A DNA stretch of 64,000 bases from Pseudomonadota bacterium (GCA_023418595.1 JAEZZI010000030.1:124911-188910), one strand, 5' to 3'. Positions 1-11,230 are shown, counted from the first letter of the stretch. Notes: generated by a model not told the origin, from the sequence alone. Made by a program: numbers and translations.

Positions 1-602
1 AGCGCCCCTGCACGCATCGCTTCGGTGTTGATCATCCCCGTGATGGTCGCATCGCGCTGGGCCTTGCGCGTCGCCTCATCCGCCTTCGTCATCTGCGCAA
101 AGATATTGTCGGCGATCGGCTTAACGCTTTCCGCCGTCGCGTTGGGCCCGCCGAACATCGCGCCGATGAAGGGAAACATGTCGACCACCATCAGCTTCGA
201 CACCGATGCCGGATGGCGCGCCGCGACCATCATCCCCATCGTCCCGCCCATCGAATGGCCGATCACCGCGGGCGCCTTCAGCTTGTTGACCGCGATATAG
301 CGCGCGATTTCCTCCGCCACCGGCGCGGCGACGGTATCGCCGGTCGCATTGCCGCCCGCAGGCGCGCCCGCAAAGCCTGCGACCTGAACCAGATGATAGC
401 GATAGCCGGGCACCGCAGCGATCATCTCTTTCCATACGCGCGGGGAGGACGACAGGCCGGGGATCAGGATCACGTCCTTGCCCTGCCCGGTCGTCGTCAC
501 ACTGATCCGGTCCGATGTGAAGCCTTGCGCGCTCGCCACGCCGGGTATCAGCGCGGCGGCGGACACCGCCGCCACCAACGAAAGCATCTGTCGTCGAATC
601 AT
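1..602 (-). CDS. secreted alpha/beta-fold hydrolase (3' end runs off the left edge)
   Basis: My own minus-strand translation from the ATG at complement 600-602 reads MIRRQMLSLVAAVSAAALIPGVASAQG... (signal-peptide-like). Further on is ...APAVIGHSMGGTMGMMVAARHP, a GxSxG nucleophile elbow. No stop occurs before position 1, so the ORF is absent from the supplied track. Confidence 0.75.
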   Translation of the reverse strand, partial: MIRRQMLSLVAAVSAAALIPGVASAQGFTSDRISVTTTGQGKDVILIPGLSSSPRVWKEMIAAVPGYRYHLVQVAGFAGAPAGGNATGDTVAAPVAEEIARYIAVNKLKAPAVIGHSMGGTMGMMVAARHPASVSKLMVVDMFPFIGAMFGGPNATAESVKPIADNIFAQMTKADEATRKAQRDATITGMINTEAMRAGA

Positions 603-660
603 CAATCCCTCCCCAATCCGTCCGCGCGGACTAGCGTGCCCGCCGCGCGAAACCAAAATC

Positions 661-736
661 CGTCATTGCGAGCGCAGCCAAGCAATCCAGTCCGGCGCGC
701 GCGGCAATGGATTGCTTCGCTGCGCTCGCAATGACG
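661..736. repeat. palindromic intergenic element, family A copy 1
   Basis: Arms CGTCATTGCGAGCGCAGCCAAGCAATCCA (661-689) and TGGATTGCTTCGCTGCGCTCGCAATGACG (708-736) are reverse complements with 1 mismatch. The same arms recur at 14307-14382 and 30855-30929. Confidence 0.9.
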
Positions 737-743
737 AATCGAT

Positions 744-1148
744 TCACCGCGCCTGCACCCCTGCATCCAGCGCAATTCCGCGTTCTTCGGCAAGCAGTTC
801 CTCGTCGAACCGCTCGCGGCGCATCACGAATTGTCCGGCATAGGTCGCGAAACGCCACGCTCCGCTGATCTCGCCGCCCTCGGCGTCGATTGTGCCGCTG
901 TAATCGACCGCGTGGGCGCTGTGCGCCGCGCCGTCATATTGTTTTACGAACCAAACCGCCGCCCCTTCGCGCGTGCCGCTCAGATAAGCGTGGATCAGAT
1001 CGACCTCGCCAAGTTCGTCGGGTTCGCTGGTCGTCCCGCTGATCCGCCCGCCGCTTTCATCAAGCATCGCGATGAAGCGGTTGGGCGCCACCCCCGGCCC
1101 GGCGAAGCTCCCATACCACATGCCGCTGACGTCGCGCCTGTCGGTCAT
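744..1148 (-). CDS. hypothetical protein (134 aa), translationally coupled to the upstream GGDEF-EAL gene
   Basis: Inner start MTDRRDVSGMWYGSFAGPG... of tracked ORF 744..1457. Its ATG (1146-1148) overlaps the TGA of the upstream gene (1145-1147) as ATGA. Third codon positions are GC-rich. I recognise no domain. Confidence 0.6.
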   Translation of the reverse strand: MTDRRDVSGMWYGSFAGPGVAPNRFIAMLDESGGRISGTTSEPDELGEVDLIHAYLSGTREGAAVWFVKQYDGAAHSAHAVDYSGTIDAEGGEISGAWRFATYAGQFVMRRERFDEELLAEERGIALDAGVQAR

Positions 1149-3142
1149 GCCCGCTCGACGAACGCGATCAGCCCGGCGCTGTCCATCGGCTCGGCGCACA
1201 GATAGCCTTGGTAATATTGACACCCCTCGGCGGCGAGCAGGTCGAGCTGCACGTCGCTTTCCACCCCCTCGGCGATCACCGCCAACCCCAACGAGCGCGC
1301 CATTTCGATCACCCCGCGCACCACCACCCGGTCGCGCGGGCTGCCCGCAATGTCCTGCGACAATTGCCGGTCGATCTTCAGATAATCGAGCGGCAGCGCT
1401 TTCAGATAGGCAAGACTCGAATAGCCCGTCCCGAAATCGTCGATCGCGACCCGGCATCCCGCCTGGCGCAATTCGGACAGCAACCTTGCGGCGACGCCCA
1501 GCTCCTCCATCAGCCCGCTTTCGGTGACCTCGAACGTCAGCCGATCGCGCGGGAAGCCGCTGGCATCGACCATGTCGAGCAGCAGGTCGGCGAACGAAGG
1601 CCGCGCAATGTCTTCGGCGGTGATGTTCACCGACAGTCGCAGATGCGCGCAGGACGACGGCCAGCGCGCCGCCTCGGTCAGCGCGATTCGCTGGATATGG
1701 TCGGACAGTGCGATCGACAGCTCGGCGCGCTCGGCAGCGGCGAGCAGCGTCTGCGCGCCAAGCTCGCCCAGCGCCGGGTGCCGCCAGCGCGCCAGCGCCT
1801 CGACCCCGACGATCCGCCCGGTCGCGATCTCGACCTGCGGCTGGAACCGGATTTCGACTTCGCCTGCATCGAGCGCGGCGCGCAGGTCGACCGCCAGTTG
1901 GTCGAGCGATTGTTCGGCAACGTCTGCGGCGTGCGCCGTGCCGCCGGGCGCGCCTCCGGCGGCGGCGTCGGCCAGGCTGGCGCTCGCGCGGCGCATCAGC
2001 GCGGCGGCATCGTCACCCGACCGGCTCCAGGCGATGGCGAGCGGCGCGCCGACCGGCACGATGCGGCCTTCGATCGCAAAGGGCCGCGCCATCGCTTCCC
2101 TCAGCGCCGACGCCGCCAGTTCGATGCGCGCGGCGTCGCCGTCGCCGCTGACCAGAAACTCCGCCCCGCCCAGCCGCGCAATCACCGCGCCGCGCCCGAA
2201 CGCGCCGCGTGCGACTTCCTCGATCCGCCGCGTCACCGCGCGTAACAAAGCATCGCCGGTCGCGCGACCATAAGCGGTGTTGATCATCTCGAACCGCCGT
2301 ACGCCGATCAGGATCACGCCGATCGTCGCCCCCAACCGGCCGATCCGGTCGTCGATCCAGCGCCGCGCCGACGCCGCATCGCGCGCGCCGGTTAGCGCGT
2401 CGCGCACCGCCACGCCCGCATCGGGCACGTCGCCCAACGGCTCGATCAGCGCATGGAGCCGCCCGTTTTGCGGATCGCGCTGGATATGCTGCACCACGCG
2501 CCCCAACCCGGCGAAATCATGCGCAAAGGCGGTGGACGGCGCCCCGTCGCGCAGCCGCGCGAGCGCCCCGCGCGCCTGAACCCGGTCGCCCCGCCCCAGC
2601 GCGCGCAGCGCCGCCGCCGGATGCGGCGCTTCGTCCAGCGCCAGCGCATCGGCCAGCCCCGGCGTCAATTGCAGCGACCGGGTGCGGTGGTCGTATCGCC
2701 AGCCCAGCGGCTCGATCGCCTCGCGTTTTGCGGGTGCGCGATTTTCGTGCCGGTCGGCCTGACGCTGGGCGTAACGCAGCGCCATTGCCAGTTCGGCTTC
2801 GCTCACCGGACTAACCATGAAATGCGTCGCCCCGGCATCAAGCAGGTCGCCCAGCCGCCCGACATCGCCGCGCGACACCATCGCCATCAGCGCCATGCCG
2901 TTCGCCGCCGCCGCCGCTCCCAGCGCGCGAACGGCGTTCAGCCCTTCCTCGATCGCACCGCGCGCATCGACGATGCCGACCGCCGCCCCGCTCGCCATCA
3001 TCCGGCGCTCGGCCCCCTCGGCACGCCGCGCCGCGACCACCCGCCAGCCTGCGGCGGTGGCGGCGCCCGCCAGTTCGTCGCGCTGCCGGAACGACAGGAT
3101 GAACAGCATCGGATCGCCCGGTGTCGCTACCTGTGCCGTCAT
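1145..3142 (-). CDS. c-di-GMP phosphodiesterase with degenerate GGDEF domain and N-terminal receiver-like domain
   Basis: Tracked ORF 1145..3298. EAL-domain motifs are present: GVEALARWRHP, DDFGTGYSSL, EGVE, QGY. The GGDEF site reads RLGGAEFLV (D to A). The start is uncertain. GTG 3298 and ATG 3253 would overlap divergent moaA. ATG 3142 (MTAQVATPGDPMLFILS) has GGAGG about 13 nt upstream. Confidence 0.85.
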   Translation of the reverse strand: MTAQVATPGDPMLFILSFRQRDELAGAATAAGWRVVAARRAEGAERRMMASGAAVGIVDARGAIEEGLNAVRALGAAAAANGMALMAMVSRGDVGRLGDLLDAGATHFMVSPVSEAELAMALRYAQRQADRHENRAPAKREAIEPLGWRYDHRTRSLQLTPGLADALALDEAPHPAAALRALGRGDRVQARGALARLRDGAPSTAFAHDFAGLGRVVQHIQRDPQNGRLHALIEPLGDVPDAGVAVRDALTGARDAASARRWIDDRIGRLGATIGVILIGVRRFEMINTAYGRATGDALLRAVTRRIEEVARGAFGRGAVIARLGGAEFLVSGDGDAARIELAASALREAMARPFAIEGRIVPVGAPLAIAWSRSGDDAAALMRRASASLADAAAGGAPGGTAHAADVAEQSLDQLAVDLRAALDAGEVEIRFQPQVEIATGRIVGVEALARWRHPALGELGAQTLLAAAERAELSIALSDHIQRIALTEAARWPSSCAHLRLSVNITAEDIARPSFADLLLDMVDASGFPRDRLTFEVTESGLMEELGVAARLLSELRQAGCRVAIDDFGTGYSSLAYLKALPLDYLKIDRQLSQDIAGSPRDRVVVRGVIEMARSLGLAVIAEGVESDVQLDLLAAEGCQYYQGYLCAEPMDSAGLIAFVERA

Positions 3143-3251
3143 CACCGTGGTCGCCCCTCCACACCCGTTAACCGTCACGATAGCCGCGCCGCTGCATTCC
3201 GCCAACTCCCTGCACTTGTGCCAAAACGACTCAACGCCTAGCTGTTGACGC

Positions 3252-4250
3252 ATGGCCAGCGCCCCCGCCCTGATCGACGGCCAAGGCCGGGCAATCACCT
3301 ATCTTCGGATATCGGTCACCGATCGCTGCGACCTGCGCTGTCGCTACTGCATGGGCGACGACATGCGCTTCATGGCGCGCGAGCGGTTGCTGTCGGTCGA
3401 TGAAATTGCGGGAATCGCCGACGCGTTCATCGCGCGCGGCGTACGCCGTATCCGGCTGACCGGCGGCGAACCGCTGGTGCGCAAGGAGACGATGGCGATC
3501 GTCCGCGCGCTGGGCGCCCGGATCGGGCACGGCCTCGACGAAGTGACGATGACCACCAACGCCACGCGACTGGCCGACCATGCCGGGCAACTCGCGGCGG
3601 CGGGCGTGCGGCGGATCAACGTCAGCCTCGACAGCCTCGACCCCGACACGTTCCGTCACATCACCCGCCACGGCGACCTGACGCGCGTGCTGGATGGCAT
3701 CGCCGCGGCAAAAGCGACGGGCATATCGTTGAAAATCAACATGGTGGCCCTTGCCGGGCTCAACGAGGCCGAAATCCCCGACATGCTCGCCTGGTGCGTC
3801 GATCAGGGCCATGACCTCAGCCTGATCGAAACGATGCCCTTGGGCGCCATATCGGAGGATCGCGCCGACCGGTTCGTGCCGCTGACCCGTGTACTGGACT
3901 CACTTTCCACTCACTTTCCGCTGGTCCGCGACACCCACCGCACCGGCGGCCCGGCGCGTTACTGGCGTGTCGGCGACAGCGCCACGCGGCTGGGGCTGAT
4001 CTCGCCGCTGACCGCCAATTTCTGCGACGGCTGCAACCGCGTGCGCCTCGACGCCGAAGGACGCCTGCACCTATGCCTGGGCAATGAGGGCCATGTCGAC
4101 CTGAAGACGGCGTGGCGCAGCGGCGGCGCGGCGGCGCTTGACGACGCGCTCGACGCCGCGATGATCGCCAAGCCTGCGGCCCATGATTTCCACATCGAGC
4201 GGGGATCCCGCCCCGCCGTTCAACGCCATATGAGCGTCACCGGGGGATAG
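3252..4250 (+). CDS. moaA: GTP 3',8-cyclase (molybdenum cofactor biosynthesis protein A)
   Basis: 332 aa. N-terminus LRISVTDRCDLRCRYCM carries the radical-SAM CxxxCxxC motif. A C-terminal CDGCNRVRL second-cluster motif is present. Confidence 0.93.
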   Translation: MASAPALIDGQGRAITYLRISVTDRCDLRCRYCMGDDMRFMARERLLSVDEIAGIADAFIARGVRRIRLTGGEPLVRKETMAIVRALGARIGHGLDEVTMTTNATRLADHAGQLAAAGVRRINVSLDSLDPDTFRHITRHGDLTRVLDGIAAAKATGISLKINMVALAGLNEAEIPDMLAWCVDQGHDLSLIETMPLGAISEDRADRFVPLTRVLDSLSTHFPLVRDTHRTGGPARYWRVGDSATRLGLISPLTANFCDGCNRVRLDAEGRLHLCLGNEGHVDLKTAWRSGGAAALDDALDAAMIAKPAAHDFHIERGSRPAVQRHMSVTGG

Positions 4251-4252
4251 AC

Positions 4253-5017
4253 TTGCGCCGCGCCTTGCTTGCATCACCGACCGGACCGGCCCAGGCCGCC
4301 GAACGCGACCTGCGCGACGCCTACGCATGGGTGCCGCTCGACGAAGCCGAACAGGTCGTGGCGCTGGGCGGCGACGGCTTCATGCTCCAGACTTTGCACA
4401 CCATGATCGAGGCGCGCAGCAGCGTGCCGGTGTTCGGCATGAATCTGGGCACGATCGGCTTTCTGATGAACGACTGGCGACTGGCCGGCCTCGACGAGCG
4501 CCTCGCCCGCGCCAAGCCGTTCCGCGTGTCTCCGCTCGAAGCCACGATCGAGACGATCGATGGAGAACGCCGCGTCCTGCCCGCGATCAACGAAGTATCG
4601 ATGCTGCGCGAAACCCGCCAGACCGCCAAGCTGGAGGTGACCGTCAACGGCCGCGTGGTGCTGCCCGAACTGGTGTGCGACGGCATCCTGGTTGCGACGC
4701 CTGCCGGGTCGACCGCCTACAACCTGTCGGCGCACGGCCCGATCCTGCCGCTCGGCTCCAACCTGCTGGCGCTGACCCCGATCAGCCCGTTTCGCCCCCG
4801 GCGCTGGCGCGGCGCGATCCTGCCGGAAAAGGCGCGAATCGGCCTGCGCGTATTGGAAGCCGACAAACGCCCGGTCAGTGCCGTCGCCGACCAGCGCGAA
4901 ATCCGCGACGTCGCCCGCGTCGATATCGCGATCGACCAGATGCGCGCGCTGACGCTGTTGTTTGATCCCGAACATGCACTCGACGAACGGATCACGATGG
5001 AGCAATTCATCGCGTGA
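4253..5017 (+). CDS. nadK: NAD+ kinase
   Basis: 254 aa with a TTG start. Contains the GGDGFML motif and the downstream ATPAGSTAYNLSAHGPI motif typical of PpnK/NadK. Confidence 0.88.
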   Translation: MRRALLASPTGPAQAAERDLRDAYAWVPLDEAEQVVALGGDGFMLQTLHTMIEARSSVPVFGMNLGTIGFLMNDWRLAGLDERLARAKPFRVSPLEATIETIDGERRVLPAINEVSMLRETRQTAKLEVTVNGRVVLPELVCDGILVATPAGSTAYNLSAHGPILPLGSNLLALTPISPFRPRRWRGAILPEKARIGLRVLEADKRPVSAVADQREIRDVARVDIAIDQMRALTLLFDPEHALDERITMEQFIA

Positions 5018-5068
5018 AGGGTATTGCATCGCAGATTTGAGCGGTTATAGACCCGCGCACGGCATCAT

Positions 5069-5143
5069 TCCCTGATAGCTCAGCGGTAGAGCTCTCGACT
5101 GTTAATCGAGCGGCCGTAGGTTCGAATCCTACTCAGGGAGCCA
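5069..5143 (+). tRNA. tRNA-Asn (GTT)
   Basis: Acceptor stem TCCCTGA/TCAGGGA, D-arm AGCTCAGCGGTAGAGCT, anticodon loop CTGTTAA (anticodon GTT), T-arm GGTTCGAATCC, discriminator G and an encoded CCA. Length 75 nt. Confidence 0.95.
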
Positions 5144-5368
5144 CTTTTTGTGGCCGACATCGCATCCGAAGCTCGCGAAACGCCGTAATTCCAAATCTGT
5201 ATCGGTCCGTGCCCCCGCTTTGTTCATTGGCGGGCAATCGGATTTGTGGCACCTTCCGTCTCAAATGGATCGGTGGCACGATTACGGTCGCCGGACGTTG
5301 AATGCGTCATGAGACTATGAAAGCCGGACCGCCGCATTCCCGCCGCGCCCGGCCATGGAGGTAACGAC

Positions 5369-5944
5369 ATGCGTACCCATCGCGCCAAGGCATTTGCAGT
5401 CGCGCTGCTCGGCAGCGCCGTGCTTGCCGCCTGCGCCACCCCGACGCCGTATCGCCCGCTATCGGGCAGCGGCGCCTATGCCACCGGTTATTCGGACACA
5501 CGGATCGAATCGAACCGCTACCGTGTCAGCTTCGCGGGCAACAGCCTGACCCAGCGCGAGACGGTCGAGCGCTATCTGCTGTTCCGAGCGGCGCAACTGA
5601 CACTCGAGCAGGGCGGCGATCATTTCGTGCTGGTCGATCGCGACACCGAACCGCGGACCGACGTCTACACGACGCCATCGGCGTTCGGCGGCGGCCCGTG
5701 GGGCGGATGGAGCCCCTATTGGAGCTATTACCGCCCCAGCTTCGGCTGGCGCCGGTGGAGCCCGTTCTGGGGTGATCCTTTCTGGGATCGCGGCGTCGAT
5801 GTCCGCACCGTGACCCGTTATGAAGCGACGGCGGAGATCGTGGTCGGTCGCGGGCCGAAGCCCGCCGGCAACGTCCGCGCCTTCGACGCGCGCGAGGTGA
5901 TCGAGAATCTGGGGCCGGGAGTCGTGACGCCGGAACCGCGGTAA
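5369..5944 (+). CDS. lipoprotein with Trp/Gly-rich segment, function unknown
   Basis: MRTHRAKAFAVALLGSAVLAAC has a lipobox (LAAC). GGAGG lies 7 nt upstream of the ATG. There is a W-rich stretch, GGGPWGGWSPYWSYYRPSFGWRRWSPFWGDPFWDRG. Confidence 0.75.
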   Translation: MRTHRAKAFAVALLGSAVLAACATPTPYRPLSGSGAYATGYSDTRIESNRYRVSFAGNSLTQRETVERYLLFRAAQLTLEQGGDHFVLVDRDTEPRTDVYTTPSAFGGGPWGGWSPYWSYYRPSFGWRRWSPFWGDPFWDRGVDVRTVTRYEATAEIVVGRGPKPAGNVRAFDAREVIENLGPGVVTPEPR

Positions 5945-5970
5945 AATGAACGCTTCCTACCGGACAAAGA

Positions 5971-6010
5971 AACCCTCCGCCGACATCCCGGCGGAGGGTT
6001 TTCTTTTTTG
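5971..6010 (+). terminator. rho-independent terminator after the lipoprotein gene
   Basis: AACCCTCCGCCG (5971-5982) pairs perfectly with CGGCGGAGGGTT (5989-6000). It is followed by TTTTCTTTTTTG. Confidence 0.75.
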
Positions 6011-6024
6011 GTGCTCCCTGACCT

Positions 6025-6119
6025 CCGTTCGCCCTGAGCTTGTCGAACGGCTGCCCCTTCTTCGTGCAAAGAAGGACAGTGCTTCGATACGCCGCTGTGC
6101 GGCCACTCAGCACGAACGG
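6025..6119. repeat. palindromic intergenic element, family B copy 1
   Basis: CCGTTCGCCCTGAGCTTGTCGAACGGCTGCCCCTTCTTC ... GAAGGACAGTGCTTCGA...CTCAGCACGAACGG. The same arms occur at 40532-40615 and 43209-43293. This copy has an insertion in the right arm. Confidence 0.85.
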
Positions 6120-6135
6120 GTTGGGGTGGTTGGCC

Positions 6136-8880
<2,745 letters not shown>

Positions 8881-8943
8881 GGGGCGTTTTCCTGATGAGA
8901 TGAAAATATGGACGTGCAACCGCGCCGATGGGGCGGAATGCGA

Positions 8944-8982
8944 CAGAAAATCGGGACGCGCGCGCGATCGATCGCGCGCGGG
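8944..8982 (-). terminator. perfect 22-bp GC palindrome followed by a T-rich tract (putative terminator or operator upstream of secA)
   Basis: CGCGCGCGATCGATCGCGCGCG (8959-8980) is a perfect palindrome centred between 8969 and 8970. On the minus strand it is followed by TCCCGATTTTCTGTCG. It lies between the stop of small ORF 8987..9253 and the secA start. Confidence 0.4.
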
Positions 8983-8986
8983 AAAG

Positions 8987-9253
8987 CTATTCGAGCGCGG
9001 ATTCGACGATCGAACGCACCGGCAGCATGGGCGCGGTGGCGACCAGCGGTGTCGCGGACGACACCTGCGCCAGCGACGGCAACGGGTGGGCGATCACGTG
9101 GTGTCCGCCGACCACGGCGGCGGCGGCGTGCTGGACGGCGGCTTCGACGACAGACTGGCTTTGCTGGACTTCCGCCGGCTGAACCCCGCGCGCACCCGCC
9201 ATCGCGCCGGGCAGGCCCGACAACATGGCAAGCAGGATGAGCAACAGGTTCAC
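8987..9253 (-). CDS. small hypothetical secreted or membrane protein (about 88 aa)
   Basis: Inner GTG start of tracked ORF 8987..9526, reading [23 protein letters not shown]... (signal-like). Third codon positions are very GC-rich throughout. A hairpin lies just downstream. There is no Shine-Dalgarno and no recognisable domain. Confidence 0.35.
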   Translation of the reverse strand: MNLLLILLAMLSGLPGAMAGARGVQPAEVQQSQSVVEAAVQHAAAAVVGGHHVIAHPLPSLAQVSSATPLVATAPMLPVRSIVESALE

Positions 9254-9393
9254 GAGTCGATTTCGTCCAGTTCGCAACGCGGCTCTCGCCGGTAACGCCC
9301 GACATAGGAAGTCGTTGCCGCCGCGTCCAATGCTAATGCGTGGGATTGGCTTATGGTCCGTGCCGGTTTCAATCGGACAGTCCCGCTCGCTCT

Positions 9394-9505
9394 CCGTCAC
9401 CCCGGCCGAAGTGCCGGGGTCCACCGGGCGGCAGATGCTAAAGCTAGAGACACTGTCGCTGCGCAAGCGGCTTAGTGGACCCCGGCATTTCGGCCGGGGT
9501 GACGG
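9394..9505. repeat. palindromic intergenic element, family D-like copy 1
   Basis: 31-nt arms CCGTCACCCCGGCCGAAGTGCCGGGGTCCAC and GTGGACCCCGGCATTTCGGCCGGGGTGACGG differ by 1 mismatch and flank a spacer of about 50 nt. Each arm is itself a GC hairpin. Confidence 0.85.
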
Positions 9506-9531
9506 GTCTGTAGTGGGGGTAGGCACCCCCC

Positions 9532-10947
9532 CTATTTCATCAACCGCGCGATCGCCTTTCTGGTCGCTGCCCCATAAGGCGGCTTCAACCCGCCCAGCTT
9601 GGCGACGTCCAGTCTCGATTGCTGGAACACGCTCTTCGCATGGCTGAACGTGCGAAACCCGTCCGCCCCGTGATAGCTTCCCATCCCCGAAGGCCCGATC
9701 CCGCCGAATGGCAGCTCCTCCTGGCTGACGTGGAAGATCACATCGTCCAGCGTCACCCCGCCCGAAATCGTCCGGTCGAGCACCCGGCGGCGCTCGTCGC
9801 CATCCGGCCCGAAATAATAAAGCGCGAGCGGGCGGTCGCGGCGGTTCACCTCACCGATCGCGTCGTCGATCCCGGCATAGGTCCGCAGCGGCAGGATGGG
9901 GCCGAAGATTTCCTCCTGCATCACCGTCATCTCGTCGGTCGCACCGCGAACGATCGTCAGCGGCATCTTGCGGCTGTTCGAGCCGGAGAAATCCTCGTTT
10001 GCCGGGTTGACGGTAATCACCTCGGCGCCCTTGTCGCGGGCATCGTCGATCCAGTCGGTCAGGCGCTGGTGGTGCCGATCGTTGATGATCGCGGTGTAAT
10101 CGGGATTGGCGAGCAGCGTCGGATACATCGCCGACGCCGCCGATTTCAGCCCCTCGACCGTCGCCGCTTCCTGATCCTGGCGCACCAGCATATAATCGGG
10201 AGCGAGGCAGATCTGCCCGGCGTTGAGCATCTTGCCCATCGCCACCCGCTCGGTCGCCTTGGCGACATCCGCGCCCTTGCCGAGGATGACGGGCGACTTG
10301 CCGCCCAATTCCAGCGTCACCGGCACCAGATTGTCGGCAGCGGCGTGAAGGATGTGCTTGGCGATCCCGGTCGCGCCGGTGAAGATCAGGTGATCGAAGG
10401 GCAGCGAGGCGAATGCCTTGCCCACCTCCGGTCCGCCGCTGACAAAGGCGAGTTCGTCCGCATTGAAGAATTGCGGTGCGACTTCTTCGAACAAGGAAGC
10501 GACGGTCGGGGTAAATTCGCTGGTCTTGACCATCGCGCGGTTGCCGGCGGCAAATATGCCCGCAAGCGGCCCCATCACCAGATTGACCGGGAAATTCCAC
10601 GGCGAGATCACGCCGACCACGCCTTTGGGCTGATATTCAACCCGCCCCTTCGCGCCGAGCAGGCCGAGCGGGAACAGCACCGGGCGCTTGTCGGCGCGCA
10701 TCCATCGGTCGAGATGGCCGCGCGCGTGTTTGAGCGGGGTGATCGACGCGGCAATGTCGGTAATCATCGACTGTTCGCGGCTGCGGTGGCCGAAATCCTC
10801 CGACAGCGCGTCGCAGAAGCGTCCGCCATTGGCCTCGATCATCGCGATCGCGCGGCTGAGGCGATCCTTGCGCGTCGCGGCGGAGACGGGAAGTTCGTCC
10901 ATGAACGCCGAGCGCTGGCGTTCCAGTATCGCGTTCAGATCAGCCAT
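9532..10947 (-). CDS. NAD(P)-dependent aldehyde dehydrogenase (coniferyl-aldehyde dehydrogenase-like)
   Basis: Tracked ORF 9532..10971. I chose ATG 10947 (MADLNAILERQ) because GGAGAGG lies 6 nt upstream. ALDH motifs are LELGGKSP and the catalytic Cys in NAGQICLAPDY. Confidence 0.88.
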   Translation of the reverse strand: MADLNAILERQRSAFMDELPVSAATRKDRLSRAIAMIEANGGRFCDALSEDFGHRSREQSMITDIAASITPLKHARGHLDRWMRADKRPVLFPLGLLGAKGRVEYQPKGVVGVISPWNFPVNLVMGPLAGIFAAGNRAMVKTSEFTPTVASLFEEVAPQFFNADELAFVSGGPEVGKAFASLPFDHLIFTGATGIAKHILHAAADNLVPVTLELGGKSPVILGKGADVAKATERVAMGKMLNAGQICLAPDYMLVRQDQEAATVEGLKSAASAMYPTLLANPDYTAIINDRHHQRLTDWIDDARDKGAEVITVNPANEDFSGSNSRKMPLTIVRGATDEMTVMQEEIFGPILPLRTYAGIDDAIGEVNRRDRPLALYYFGPDGDERRRVLDRTISGGVTLDDVIFHVSQEELPFGGIGPSGMGSYHGADGFRTFSHAKSVFQQSRLDVAKLGGLKPPYGAATRKAIARLMK

Positions 10948-11230
10948 TCGCACCTCTCCCCTGTCCGCCATCGCCCGGTTCGACCTTGCGGATCAGATAC
11001 CGGTATACGCCGAAAATATTGATCCCGAACAGCACTGCATTCTGAGTGCCGAGCGCCCCGTCACCCGCCAGCACCGACGCGGCGATCCAAGCGATCGACG
11101 ATCCGACGAAGATCACGAATCCCCACCCGGTCACCCGCCGCCCGCTGTCGAGCGACACCATGAAGGCGGCAATGATGCCACTGATCGTCGCGGCCCATTT
11201 GATGCCCTGAACCAGCGGATCGTCTTCCAT
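10940..11230 (-). CDS. small 3-TM membrane protein, function unknown
   Basis: 96 aa with three hydrophobic segments: IKWAATISGIIAAFMVSL, WGFVIFVGSSIAWIAASVL and AVLFGINIFGVYRYL. Its stop overlaps the ALDH start by 8 nt (ATGGCTGA). Confidence 0.55.
   Translation of the reverse strand: MEDDPLVQGIKWAATISGIIAAFMVSLDSGRRVTGWGFVIFVGSSIAWIAASVLAGDGALGTQNAVLFGINIFGVYRYLIRKVEPGDGGQGRGANG

Noticed and set aside
602-858. Short ORFs translating to ...CERSEAIH... / ...VIASAAKQSI...; similar cases are 5946..6344, 14298..14903 N-terminus, 30332..31060 and 55117..55740 N-terminus
   Set aside because: These peptides are translations of the palindromic repeat families (A, B, C). They recur only because the DNA repeat recurs, so they are not protein-coding.
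3143-3251. Moco riboswitch upstream of moaA
   Set aside because: The region is only about 110 nt and is shared with a divergent gene. I cannot identify the conserved Moco-motif helices or loop sequences by eye.
5247-5279. Two TGGCAC motifs as sigma-54 promoters
   Set aside because: Neither is followed at the correct spacing by the TTGC(A/T) -12 element.
5069-5368. Genomic island or prophage integrated at tRNA-Asn
   Set aside because: There is no integrase. No direct repeat of the tRNA 3' end appears anywhere in the window. There is no compositional shift, and the flanking genes are ordinary.
8881-8919. Longer N-terminal extensions offered by the ORF track; other cases are secA 8919, guaA 49227, rplQ 52055, rplO 58792, tsf 43159, uppS 40524, thiolase 11229 and rpsB 44348
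   Set aside because: Downstream ATGs reproduce the canonical conserved N-termini of these families. The extensions start at GTG or TTG and add non-conserved residues.
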